This document shows positions 12,791 to 24,580 of a stretch of 64,000 nucleotides of DNA, piece after piece. A program made the translations under genes and the position numbers. Source of the DNA: Macrostomum lignano (lineage: Eukaryota); the NCBI GenBank assembly GCA_002269645.1, contig NIVC01000415.1:372001-436000 (forward strand). Reading direction: 5' to 3'. Under the pieces are notes generated by a model. The model saw only the letters and a list, made by a program, of their open reading frames with translations. It did not search any database and was not told where the DNA came from. Each line of letters opens with the position of its first letter. Position 1 is the stretch's first letter.

Positions 12791-13779
12791 TTGTGCCTCT
12801 TAGCTTTATTCTATCCATCCAAGGAGATCAATCATTCCATATTTTCGGCCTAGTAGTTACAGCTTTTCCAGATCTCTGCGACAAAAAAGTTCTTTTTCTG
12901 TCAATACTGTAGAATGTGTTCTGGGAGCCATAGTCTCTTAGAGTCCTGGCTTTCTTGGAAACCGCCGTGGGGATCTACTAATGTAGAATGCAGCTTCCTA
13001 GTCAACCGTGGGTGAGGAGGGGATTCTCCTAATCAACGCAGCTGCCGCGTCGCCTTAGAGCGAAAAATCACGCCCCAGCTCAGTCACTGCAGATTGCTTT
13101 AGTGACGGCTGTGAAAGAGAAAACAGCTTCTCCTTGAGACGGATAGATCAGAGAGAGATCAGAGAGATCGCAGCACAGGCAAAGGAACAGGGATTTGCTG
13201 CAATGCGCCTGTCAGCTACTCTGCTAGAGCAGGTGTGGCGGAAAACATCCCCAATCCCTTATTCAGTTTGAGCTCTCAAAGTTTCCGCCCAGGAACAGAT
13301 GCAGATTAGATGCTGGGATGCTGAGAGAAAATTGCTTCGACACTCTTCAGGGGGCAAAAAGAAAGGAATTTGATACACCTGCAGCCAGCATCAATCACTC
13401 CAGCCACTCGATTCGCCTAATCCACTGCCTTCACCTGGCTACTCCGACTCGGCCCGGAGCTCTTCTCTTTCGCTTCCTGTCGTCAGCAAGCAAAGCGCAT
13501 CTTTCTGAAGAGTTCCCGCGGATCCTCTGCAACTCCACTACTCCCCGAATGGGTGGCAGATGCTTCTCAAAAATTAGCAACAGTTTTTTTGCTACTGAAA
13601 AATAGTTCTCTCGCGCATCTTGCAGCTAGAGGTATGCCAGAGATGTTTTTCAGAATCTGTCCATTTTGAATTCATACACACCTTGCTCTACTGATAGTAG
13701 GGTGCACTTTCAAATTTCTTTATTTACAAATCGGTTGTTAAACGGAGCGTCCCAAATTTGTCACAAACTTTGTCACATC

Positions 13780-14300
13780 GCACCGGTTCTTCCTTCCCCA
13801 GTTCTTCCTCTACCGGTTCTTCCTTCCCCGGTACTTCCTTCACTGGTTCTTCCTCTACCGGTTCTTCCTCTACCGGTTCTTCCTCTACCGGTTCTTCCTC
13901 TACCGGTTCTTCCTTCCCCGGTTCTTCCTCTACCAGTTCTTCCTCTACCGGTTCTTCCTCTACCGGTCCTTCTTCTACCCGTTTCTTCCTCTACCGGTTC
14001 TTCCTTTACAGGTTCTTGCTACCATCATTATCACCAATTCTATCACCTGTCCAACCACCGGTTCCTCTATTACTGGTTCTTCTATCACCGGCTCCTCTAT
14101 CACCGGCTCCTCTATCACCGGCTCCTCTATCACCGGCTCCTCTATCACCGGCTCCTCCATCACCGGCTCCTCTATCACCGGCTCCTCTATCACCGGCTCC
14201 TCTATCACCGGCTCCTCTATCACCGGCTCCTCTATCACCGGTTCCTCTATCACCGATTCCTATATCACCGGCTCCTCTATCACCGGTTCTTCCACTACCG
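13780..14300. repeat. 15-bp minisatellites (TCTACCGGTTCTTCC, then TCACCGGCTCCTCTA)
   Basis: Tandem units; same family as 19685-19990. Confidence 0.9.
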
Positions 14301-14775
14301 GTAATTCCTGCAGCAGCTCTTCCTGCATTGCTTCTTTCTATATGCACATGTACACCAGTTCTGTATCGATCGGGCAAGCTTATATTCCATATTTCGCTCC
14401 ATTTTATTTCCTTATTTAGAAATTTCTACCTGAAATGCTACTTAAGGACATGGCAGAATGCAGCTCTGCCTACCAATGCTGTTTGTGTCAGTTGGAGCGG
14501 CAAGCGATCAACGACTGACAATGTAAACTCAGCTACCAAACTCAGTCATAATTGTTCAGTCCCTGTAAACAATTCTTGTCCAGAAACAATTTTTGCTACT
14601 ATTTTTATCAATCAGCTTTTCAATTTCCTGAATCTGTCTGGCGCATGGAATCGGAAGCTTCTAACTTTTCCTGCTTAGACTAAATTTGCGAATGGCAGTG
14701 GAGTTTAGTTTGTAAACACTTTCTCCGCACATTACTAATAATAATAAGGATGCTGGAGGATGAGGGCCAGACTCT

Positions 14776-14806
14776 CATTGGCTGGGGGCAATCTTAGTCA
14801 CGTGAT
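14776..14806 (+). promoter_or_regulatory. Putative promoter elements (inverted CCAAT box and GTCACGTGAT E-box) of the ankyrin gene
   Basis: CATTGGCT and GTCACGTGAT lie ~90-120 bp upstream of ATG 14897. Confidence 0.35.
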
Positions 14807-14896
14807 ACCGCTCCGACTCTGTGTTATGTAGCGGATCAAAGCTGCCGGGATCGCTTCGAATGCAGCAGGAAAGATTCCAAAATCTACTATTGAATC

Positions 14897-15108
14897 ATGT
14901 CAGCAGCGTCAGCTTCTACAAGAGGTTCACAGCGGTGCAGCGCCTTGAATTTCAAGCAGCTGGGGACGAACGGCGACTGCAGTGAGCCGGGGCACCAGCA
15001 GCAGAGGGTCTCCGGCTCGTGCCAGGAGTTGACGCGGGAGCGGCTGCGGCTGCACCTGCAGATGCGAAGGCCTGCAGAGTTTGCCATCGATCAGGACACG
15101 CTGAACAC
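14897..15108 (+). CDS. Ankyrin-repeat protein (282 aa), exon 1
   Basis: ATG preceded by an in-frame stop; ends DQDTLN + AC|GTGAGT and joins exon 2 to give DTLNTPIHRLL (ankyrin TPxH). Confidence 0.8.
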
Positions 15109-15169
15109 GTGAGTGTTGGGTCAGAGTGAGCATAGCTTGGCACTGAATTGAAGCTTACAAGTCTAAACA

Positions 15170-15600
15170 GTGACATCTGAGTGACATACTGATAGAACAC
15201 CATCAGGTGACATCTGGATAGAGTGACATCTGGATAGAGTGACATCTGGATAGAGTGACATCTGGATAGAGTGACATCTGGATAGAGTGACAGCTGGATA
15301 TAGTGACATCTTGATAGAGTGACATCTGGATAGAGTGACATCTGGATAGAGTGACATCTGGATAGAGTGACATCTTGATAGAGTGACATCTGGATAGAGT
15401 GACATCTTGATAGAGTGACATCTGGATAGAGTGACATCTGGATGGAGTGACATCTGGATGGAGTGACATCTGGATGGAGTGACATCTGGATAGAGTGAGA
15501 TCTGGATGAAGTGACATCTGGATAGAGTGACGTCTGGATGGAGTGATATCTTAATGAAGTGACATCTAGATAGAGTGACATCTGGATGGAGTGACATTAC
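15170..15600. repeat. 16-bp intronic minisatellite (GAGTGACATCTGGATA)
   Basis: Tandem units filling intron 1. Confidence 0.93.
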
Positions 15601-15675
15601 CGATGATTAAAATGCCAATGAATTGGCAACAGTAGAATGAAAATGTCACGCTTCAATAAATTTATCAATAACCAG

Positions 15676-15817
15676 GCCAATTCACCGGCTGTTAGAGTCG
15701 CCCGAAAGTCGATCTAAGCCTTCGCAGACGGCTGACACTCTGTGCCGACTTCTGTCTGACCTGGCCTCGGTTGGTTACTTGGGCAGCTACATCAACCTGG
15801 CCAACCGCTGCGGCTGC
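15676..15817 (+). CDS. Ankyrin-repeat protein, exon 2
   Basis: CCAG| acceptor, TGC|GTGAGT donor, 142 nt, PIHRLLES...YINLANRCGC; phases fit both neighbours. Confidence 0.8.
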
Positions 15818-15904
15818 GTGAGTGACATGGCATCGTACTGACGCTGTGACGGAGTGACATTGTGAATTTATGTCAGTATGTCAGAGTGAGACTGGCACTG
15901 AGAT

Positions 15905-16417
15905 GGAGTAACATTGAGACGGAGTGACATTGAGACGGAGTGACATTAAGACGGAGTGACATTGAGACGGAGTGACATTGAGACGGAGTGACATTGAGAC
16001 GGAGTGACATTGAGACGGAGTGACATTGAGACGGAGTGACATTAAGACGGAGTGACATTGAGACGGAGTGACATTGAGACGGAGTGAAATTGAGACGGAG
16101 TGACATTGAGACGGAGTGACATTGAGACGGAGTGACATTGAGACGGAGTGACATTGAGACGGAGTGACATTGAGACGGAGTGACATTGAGACGGAGTGAA
16201 ATTGAGACGGAGTGACATTGAGACGGAGTGACATTGAGACGGAGTGACATTGAGACGGAGTGACATTGAGACGGAGTGACATTGAGACGGAGTGACATTG
16301 AGACGGAGTGACATTGAGACGGAGTGACATTGAGACGGAGTGACATTGAGACGGAGTGACATTGAGACGGAGTGACATTGAGACGGAGTGACATTGAGAC
16401 GGAGTGACATTGAGACG
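15905..16417. repeat. 16-bp intronic minisatellite (GGAGTGACATTGAGAC)
   Basis: Highly homogeneous tandem units filling intron 2. Confidence 0.95.
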
Positions 16418-16458
16418 AATGATAAAGCAACGAAATATCTCTCGTCCCAAACCCCCAG

Positions 16459-16953
16459 ACTCCGCTCTCCATCTGCCTACTCACCGAGCAGTACTCTAAC
16501 CTTATATCCGTGCTAATCTCTTACGGAGCCCAGCTGCACCACCTGTGCGGCAGTTTGGCAGACAGGTGCAACCACTTGCACTTCGCCATGTCCAAGGCCA
16601 GTCCCAAAACCATAGACAGCACCTTAGACGAGGTGTTTCGCACCTACCCGAGCGGAGCAGACGGAATGTACGCCCTGAATCGTCGGGGTGAGACCCCCAA
16701 AGCCGCGCTGATGAAGCGCACCGAGGAGGCTACGCTGTGCGCTTGGCGCGAGCCGCACCTGCCTGGTCAGCTGACTCGGATTCTGGAGCGAATTCCGGCT
16801 TATCCGCCCTACTCCAACCTGCAGCATCATCATCAGCAGCTGCAGCAGCTGCAGCAGCACCAGCACTACCAGTTTCATCACCAGCTGCAGCAACAGGCGC
16901 CGGAGATGCCGCGGTTGTACATGCCCCAGCTAGACGTCTGCAGCGGCCGGTGA
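16459..16953 (+). CDS. Ankyrin-repeat protein, terminal exon
   Basis: CCCCAG| then TPLSICLLTEQYSNLISVLISYGA...LNRRGETPKAAL and an H/Q-rich tail ending in TGA. Confidence 0.82.
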   Translation, partial: TPLSICLLTEQYSNLISVLISYGAQLHHLCGSLADRCNHLHFAMSKASPKTIDSTLDEVFRTYPSGADGMYALNRRGETPKAALMKRTEEATLCAWREPHLPGQLTRILERIPAYPPYSNLQHHHQQLQQLQQHQHYQFHHQLQQQAPEMPRLYMPQLDVCSGR

Positions 16954-17034
16954 TACTGGGATGGCGTGGACTCTTTTCGATGAAGATATGAAGAGCGTTT
17001 GAGTTAGACTGATTCTGCTGTAGAACAGTGGGGG

Positions 17035-17620
17035 ATCATGGTGGGGATCAGGATGGAAATCAGGATGTGGATCAAGATGAAGATCAGGATGGGGATCAGG
17101 ATGGGGATCAGGATGTGGATCAAGATGAATATCAGGATGGGGATCAGGATGGGGATCAGGATGGGAATCAGGATGGAAATCAGGATGTGGATCAAGATGA
17201 AGATCAGGATGGGGATCAGGATGGGGATCATGGTGGGGATCAGGATGGGGATCAGGATGGGGATCAAGATGAAGATCAGGATGGGGATCAGGATGGGGAT
17301 CAGGATGGGGATCAGGATGGGGATCAGGATGGGGATCAGGATGGGGATCAGGATGGGGATCAGGATGGGGATCAGGATGGGGATCAAGATTGGGATCTGA
17401 TTAGGGATTAGGATGGGGAACAGGATGGAGATCAAAATGGGGATCAGGATTGGGATCAGGATGGGGATCAGGGTGGGGATCAGGATGGGGATCAGGGTGG
17501 GGATCAGGATAGGGATCAGGATGGGGATCAGGATAGGGATCAGGATGGGGATCAGGATAGGGATCAGGGTGGGGATCAGGGTGGGGATCAGGATGGGGAT
17601 CAGGATGGAGAGCATCATGG
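17035..17620. repeat. 12-bp minisatellite (CAGGATGGGGAT)
   Basis: Tandem units. Confidence 0.94.
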
Positions 17621-18180
17621 GGATCAGAATGGAATCAGTATGGGATCTGGATGCGGATCAAGATTGGGATCAGGGGTTTCAATTCAAAATGAGATCAGAA
17701 TCGGGATCGGGCTGAAAATCATGGTGGGTTTCAGGAAGGGGACCTTGGAAATAAACGAAATAAAAACACTTTATACTCGTAGGTGTCTGGCCCGCAAGTT
17801 TGAAAATTTCTACTGCAGCAATTGTAGTTGACAGTGCGTATGCGCAACATAATCTTGTAATAAAAATATGCTGCCTTTGAGTTTCAGCTTGTTGGAAAAC
17901 TGAATTATGACAATATTAATCTTATTTTAATGCCCTTCACATTGTATTTCATATTTTCTGTCTGTTGTACCTACTTATTGATCATGCTATTGTTATACCC
18001 TCTTCATTAATAAAATAGGTTTGCTAGGGACAAATATAAAATCAAAATAAAATAAAATTGATTGAATAGAATTTAAAAGCTTGCTGTCTGATAGCAGTTG
18101 TTATAATTAAAGCTGTTTCAAGCTGATAAATCTTTTTTCAGTGCAATAATTCATTTAGCTAATTAAAACATCGTTTTCGG

Positions 18181-18660
18181 AAATTCCACTCATGTGTGCT
18201 AGAGTGAATAGAGAAATTCCCCTCATGTGTGCTAGAGTGAATAGAGAAATTCCCCTCATGTGTACTAGAGTGGATTGAGAAATTCCCCTCATGTGTACTA
18301 GAGTGAATAGAGAAATTCCCCTCATGTGTGCTAGAGTGAATAGAGAAATTCCCCTCATGTGTGCTAGAGTGAATAGATAAATTCCCCTCATGTGTGCTAG
18401 AGTGAATAGAGAAATTCCCCTCATGTGTGCTAGAGTGAATAGAGAAATTCCCCTCATGTGTGCTAGAGTGAATAGATAAATTCCCCTCATGTGTACTAGA
18501 GTGAATAGAGAAATTCCCCTCATGTATTCTAGAGTGACAAGATAACTCCCCTCGTGTGGGCTAGAGTGACAAGAAGAGAATTCCTCTCGCGTGTTCTAGA
18601 GTTACAAGAGAATTTCCCTCGCGTGTTCTAGAGTGACAAGAGAATTCCCCTCGATAGAAT
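18181..18660. repeat. 33-bp minisatellite (AAATTCCCCTCATGTGTGCTAGAGTGAATAGAG)
   Basis: Units start at 18181, 18214 and so on, degrading to the right. Confidence 0.93.
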
Positions 18661-19293
18661 TCCCCTCCAAATAACAATTTAAGTCGTCAATTACTGCCGA
18701 ATTTGTATGCTCAGACTCAGACAGACAGACTCTTAGAATTTTACCGCCAAAAAAGTGCATTTTGACTTTTTAGCAAAAACCCCCGAGCGACCCCATAACG
18801 ATGACTGGGATGGAATTCCGCATTGCAATGCAGCGACAGTTATGCAGGGATGAATTTGCACTCACACCCTGTCTGCCTCTCTGCTACTCCCCAGCTCAGC
18901 TGCTATCAGTTAAGTAAGGGATACCAGCCCGATTTTGCAATCAGTAACGACGACGTGCGGAGTAAGAGACTGACATTACGCTCGTAAATCGTAAAAATAG
19001 TTTAACGAGAACCATGGACTCCTCTTGCTACGAGCGTAGACGTGTTTTTGTTTTTCGCCCAATTATATTTTCCCCATCCAGGTACGTAGTGTAGAAGTCC
19101 ATGGACGGCTAAGTGCCAGTATCGGCGCCTCTGCCATTAAAAAATTACACGACAAAAGTACCCCCCCCCCGCTCACAGCCAATGCGCTGCCGTCTGAACT
19201 GGGGATCGAGAAAGGGAGACGCGTTTGCTTGGGGATTTAAATCCCTCTCCAATTTCTTTGCAGTGGGAATGATCCCTGTTCCATTCTACCGCC

Positions 19294-19637
19294 ATGGCCA
19301 CAGCGCAGCCGCCCTCTGAAGACGGCGCCTCTGACGTCTCGTTGGCCGCAATTTTCTCCGACTGTCTGCGCCGATCCACGGTCAGGGGAATTCCGAGAAT
19401 CTTCTCAAGCCGCAGCCCACTGCTCAAGACCCTGTGGACTGCCTCAGTGTTGGTCCTGTTCGTCCTGTTCCTGTGGAACCTCACAGGGACGGTCAGCATC
19501 TACATGCGCGGCGACACCATGTTCTCCAACATGAAGTGGGAGCCACTGCCGCCGTTTCCGTCCTTCACTATTTGCAATTTCAAGCCGATCTCCGCTGTCA
19601 TGCTGCATTACACCAACCTCACACCAGATGCGTACAG
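19294..19637 (+). CDS. DEG/ENaC-family channel subunit, exon 1 (pre-TM1, TM1, FPSFTICN)
   Basis: STVRGIPRI..LWTASVLVLFVLFLWN..PFPSFTICNFKP; donor AG|GTGAGC. Confidence 0.9.
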
Positions 19638-19684
19638 GTGAGCGTGTTGAGCTCGGCAGTTTCTCACCTTAGCAACTTCCTCTA

Positions 19685-19990
19685 TCAGGTTCTTCCTCTA
19701 CCGGTTCTTCCTCTACCGGTTCTTCCTCTACCGGATCTTCTTCTACCGGATCTTCCTCTACCGGATCTTCTTCTACCGGTTCTTCCTCTACCGGATTTTC
19801 TTCTACCGGTTCTTCCTCTACCGGATTTTCTTCTACCGGTTCTTCCTCTATCAGGTTCTTCCTCTACCGGATCTTCCTCTACCGGTTCTTCCTCTACCGG
19901 TTCTTCCTCTAACGGTTCTTCCTCTACCGGTTCTTCCTCTACCGGTTCTTCCTCTACTGGTTCTTCCTCTACCGGTTCTTCCTTCACCGG
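19685..19990. repeat. 15-bp intronic minisatellite (TCTACCGGTTCTTCC)
   Basis: Tandem units in ENaC intron 1. Confidence 0.92.
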
Positions 19991-20206
19991 TTGTCCCTCC
20001 ATCAGTTGTTCCTAATTAGTGGGAACACTTGACGGGTCCTTATTCTCCTGTAATGTCTCTACCGTATCCGTCATCGTTAGTTCTCCAAGATGTTCTATCG
20101 CAAGTCCATGGGGTTAATTTTCAATTGAAATTAATTTTTTTCAAGAAGCCAAAAATTTCTTGTTGACGAGTTATAAAACATGAAAATCCTTCCTACCCCC
20201 TCTCAG

Positions 20207-20639
20207 GCACAAAATAATCGACCTAGTTGAGAACTCTTCGCTGGAAGAGGAAGACAGATTAAATATTCTCTTCAAACTGCTCGAGCCCCAAGTCTATCAC
20301 GATCACTTAAACATGAGCGAAGTTCTCAAATTAACGGAAGCCGACAGCCTCATTATGCGGGAGAGCTGTCACGTGCACTACGTTAACAACAGCATCAACC
20401 AGGTGAAGCGCTGCTCTGACGATCCGAACTTTGCCTCGGTGGAATTTCGCTACATCCCCGGCTACTCGCACTGCCAAACTGTCCGACTCAAGCAAGGCAG
20501 CCAGGTAAAAAAGGTGGTGCTGCACGTGCTGCTGAGATCGCCGGCTGACAATGTGAACTGCTGGTACTGCATGCTGGAGAACCCGGCCACGCTGCGCAAA
20601 GGCATCATACTGTACCTGCACCACGATCACGACTATCCG
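20207..20639 (+). CDS. DEG/ENaC subunit, exon 2
   Basis: CTCTCAG| acceptor with open frame HKIIDLVEN...YSHCQTV...KGIILYLHHDHDYP; the GTACTT donor is weak but phase-consistent. Confidence 0.8.
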
Positions 20640-21504
20640 GTACTTGAAATCTGACGTTTTTTTGATCAGAGAACTTGATGTGGCGCCTATGATTTCTACT
20701 ACAAATATCCTCATCGGATTCTTCTGGCATCCATCATCTCAAATACGCGTATTTTTTTGGCTGCGAGCACATGCAATCCTGAGCACATGCAAGAGCGCCA
20801 ATGCTGCACGCAGTCACACGCACAGGCACACACTCACACAGGGTGTACAGCAGCCTCTGGCTTACAAATCGTTTGGCATGTACAGTCTCTGTGCCTTGGG
20901 GGTTGGCACTCATGTGGGTGTGAATGTCACGACAACCCAAAAGCGCCAAATTAATGTGGCAACGCACAGAGTCAAACCAAGGTTAGCAAGGCCGCTTAAG
21001 CTACTCTGTCCCATCCTCATCCCATATCCGGGTGCCGTAGCCCAGTTCTCTAGCGCGGCGCTCTGATGTGCCAGCGGCCCAGGCTCGATTCCAAGTGCTG
21101 TCACATTGATTTGGGACTAAATTGGAATCTCGGCTTGGCTCTGATCGTGCAATTAACGCCCAGCTTAAGGCACAGTGAAGTGTACATGCCTAACGATAAA
21201 TAAAGTTAGGGCCGCTGTACACTCCTGTGTGAGTGTGTGCCTGTGCGTGTGACTGCGTACTTATCTGCGCGCTTGTGTGCCTGCTCAGCTCCCGGCCTCT
21301 AACTAAAAAACTAATCCTCATCCCATCCGCCTTACATCATTATCACCTCTTCGCTACATCCGCATGGAATCTTTATCAAACTTTATTTAGCATCGTGGCG
21401 TACTACGAGTAAATACATTCTACGCGCGTAATCCATTCACAGGGCATAGCTAGCTTTAACTAGCTTTAACTCGTAGCTAGCTAACTATCCTTCCCACCCT
21501 GCAG

Positions 21505-22109
21505 GTTGAAATCGAGGACGGCCTGTTCTTGCTGCCCGGCACGCAGAACATAATTCACGTGAAGCAGAAACAGGTGCTGCACGTCAAAGACTGCGAGCCG
21601 AAGCCAGCTGAAGAATTCGTGGATTTTTACTTGGCCGGCCAGTACCACCGGAGCAAGTACTACCCGGACCTGTGCAAGTTCACCCAGATCACGGATCTGT
21701 ACAGACAGCTGTGCGGCTGCAGCACCCAGACCATGCCGCAGCGGGTGCCGCGGGGAGAGGATCTCCCTTAAGTCTGTGGAGGCTTAACTCCACAGACTAT
21801 TTGGAGAAGAATTTTCTAACTCTGGTGCTCAGCTTCTCCAAGCATCACGCCGTGAAGCAGAAGGAGCACTGGGTGATGGAGAGCTCGTCTCTGATTGGTC
21901 AGATCGGTGGAGCTCTGGCCCTGTTCAGCGGCATCACGTTGATCTGCGTGGCCGAACTGGTCGAGCTGGTCTTCAACCTGCTGGATTACCTTCGGAGCAG
22001 GTGGCAGCGAAGGCGCGCACCGTCTGGCGGAAGTCGGCGGGACGACAGAGACGCTGGTGGAGAGAATGGCGACTCAATGGTGGCCTTCAGGAAGCAGGGG
22101 GCCGACTGA
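21505..22109 (+). CDS. DEG/ENaC subunit, 3' coding region with a frame break near 21770 (TM2 included)
   Basis: GCAG| VEIEDGLFLLPGTQ...LCKFTQITDLYRQLCGC...GEDLP* and then, in another frame, LNSTDYLEKN...LIGQIGGALALFSGITLICVAELVEL; AATAAA at 22174-22179. Either a pseudogene or an assembly error. Confidence 0.75.
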
Positions 22110-22229
22110 TGACAGCTGACATGCAGCGTGATGGCGAGTCTGCTTGTAAAGCACTGTACTGTGATTCTTTATTAATAAAATACAATGCTTTTGTCATCCA
22201 GTGTGCTTTCCGGGAATTTGTTTTTGGGC

Positions 22230-22720
22230 CAGCACCAGGGGCTTTAGCACCAGGGGCTTTGGCACCAGGGGCTTTAGCACCAGGGGCTTTGGCACCAGGG
22301 GCTTTGGCACCAGGGGCTTTAGCACCAGGGGCGCCAGCACCAGGGGCTTTAGCACCAGGGGCTTTAGCACCACGGGCGCCAGCACCAGGGGCGCCAGCAC
22401 CACGGGCGCCAGCACCAGGGGCGCCAGCACCAGGGGCGCCAGCACCAGGGGCGCCAGCACCAGGGGCGCCAGCACCAGGGGCGCCAGCACCAGGGGCGCC
22501 AGCACCACGGGCGCCAGCACCAGGGGCGCCAGCACCAGGGGCGCCAGCACCAGGGGCGCCAGCACCAGGGGCGCCAGCACCAGGGGCGCCAGCACCAGGG
22601 GCGCCAGCACCAGGGGCGCCAGCACCAGGGGCGCCAGCACCAGGGGCGCCAGCACCAGGGGCGCCAGCACCAGGGGCGCCAGCACCAGGGGCGCCAGCAC
22701 CAGGGGCGCCAGCACCAGGG
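22230..22720. repeat. 15-bp minisatellite (GCACCAGGGGCGCCA)
   Basis: Tandem units; source of the APGAP ORF. Confidence 0.95.
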
Positions 22721-23339
22721 TTGCTAGCTATGCCACCTCTTCCTTTAACCTCATTATCAGCATTGCAGAGTCGCAGGGGCTCGTGCGATCATTCCAATTT
22801 CGTAGACCCCTGAGCAGGCGCTCGCACCCAGTGTACAGCAACCCTGACTTTCTCATAGTCAGCCATGTGCACTCTCTGCTCCCTGTGAGTACGCAAGCCC
22901 CAAACGAATCTAGCCATGCACTTTGATGTGTTCCCATTAAATCTATGTGAACCTGACATTGAAAAGAAATAATGACATTACGCTTGTATTCAGTTTTGTT
23001 TACAAACTTGAGCCAGATAATTTTAAATAAAATATTTTTTAGTATTATAAACAATTTTCTTTCAAAGGAAATCTGTTGCTTGTTCTTTAAAAATCTTTCT
23101 GTCTTCATTTTTCGCATCAAAGCACGCCAGTTTAAATCCTTTAGTCAGTTGAAATGACTCTTTGTGTTTATGAATGACTGCAGGGTCTATAAATGAATAA
23201 ATATGGCTCGATATTTGCACAATAATCAGTGACGTACGCTGACCAGTTTCTTTCCGAGAACCCAATAAATGCCATTTGCTTTCTCACTTGAGTCGAATAA
23301 TTTTGATTTTTTTCACTCTTTATTCGATAATGAGATGGA

Positions 23340-23625
23340 GGGACTTTGGGGGAGAAGGGCGAGAGGAGAGGGGAGAGGAGAGAGGGGGAGAGGAGAGAGG
23401 GGGAGAGAAGAGAGGGGGAGAGGAAAGAGGGGGAGAGGAGAGAGGAGGAGAGAAGAGAGGGGGAGAGAAGAGAAGGGGAGAGGAGAGAAGGGGAGAGGAG
23501 AGAAGGGGAGAGGAGAGAAGGGGAGAGGAGAGAGGGGGGGAGAGGAGAGAGGGGGAGAGAAGAGAGGGGGAGAGGAGAGAAGGGGAGAGGAGATAGGGGG
23601 AGAGGAGAGGGGAGAGAGAGAGAGA
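23340..23625. repeat. GA-rich 15-bp-type tandem tract
   Basis: GGGGAGAGGAGAGAA-like units. Confidence 0.85.
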
Positions 23626-24199
23626 GTTACGAACAGGAGTATCTCAAGTGGCAGATGAAGAACACAACCCACTTCAATTTAAGCAGCTCAGTAGACTTAT
23701 ACGCAAGAGCTTATCCCCCTGCAATCCCTGACTGCAAATGCTGATGAATGCGAGAGTAAGTGGCTAAGCCAGTGCAACAGATTACAGATCGGAAAGAATG
23801 TAAAATTTATTATTCGCTCAACTTTCCCCAACTGATGCTGTTCTTCTCGAGGTGGACAATGAATAACAGAAGTGGACAGGACTCAATGGGTCAGTTCCAG
23901 CTTGCCACTTCCGCCCGGAAGTGACCTCAAGGCCGTCCGAGCCTCATTTGTTTAAATCGATTAATCCAGACAATTTTATTGGTCAGCTGTTATACGAGCG
24001 TTTGGCTAAATTCTGCTAAAGTTTGTCAGGGCTTCGATTGTCGAAATTCGAGGGGTAATTACAAGGGGTAATTACGTAATTACGAGCTACAATTTTAAAT
24101 TTTAGCTCTTTAATATTTGACCTGACCCACCTAAACAATACTATTTTAGCTGCTTTTTCGACCCTGTTTTTGAAGCTGTTTCTGGTGCTCTATTGACGT

Positions 24200-24580
24200 T
24201 TTTGGTGCTGTTTTGGTGCTGTTTTGGTGCTGTTTTTGACGCTGTTTTGGTGCTGTTTTGGTGCTGTTTTTGATGCTGTTTTAGTGCTGTTTTGGTGCTG
24301 CTTTGGTGCTGTTTTTGACGCTGTTTTGGTGCTGTTTTGGTGCTGTTTTGGTGCTGTTTTGGTGCTGTTTTGGTGCTGTTTTGGTGCTGTTTTGGTGCTG
24401 TTTTGGTGCTGTTTTGGTGCTGTTTTGGTGCTGTTTTTGACACTGTTTTGGTGCTGTTTTGGTGCTGTTTTTGATGCTGTTTTTGATGCTGTTTTTGACG
24501 CTGTTTTTTATGCTGTTTTGGTGCTGTTTTTGATGCTGTTTTTGATGCTGTTTTTGATGCTGTTTTTGATGCTGTTTTTG
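24200..24580. repeat. 12-bp minisatellite (TTTTGGTGCTGT / TTTTTGATGCTG)
   Basis: Tandem units. Confidence 0.92.

Noticed and set aside
11850-13610. Short ORFs in the unique sequence between the Penelope remnant and the 13.8-kb repeats
   Set aside because: No domain motif or in-phase exon chain could be supported
22789-22882. Possible orphan minus-strand terminal exon EQRVHMADYEKVRVAVHWVRAPAQGSTKLE*
   Set aside because: The acceptor is plausible, but no partner exon or recognisable homology was found, and the same site reads as a donor on the plus strand
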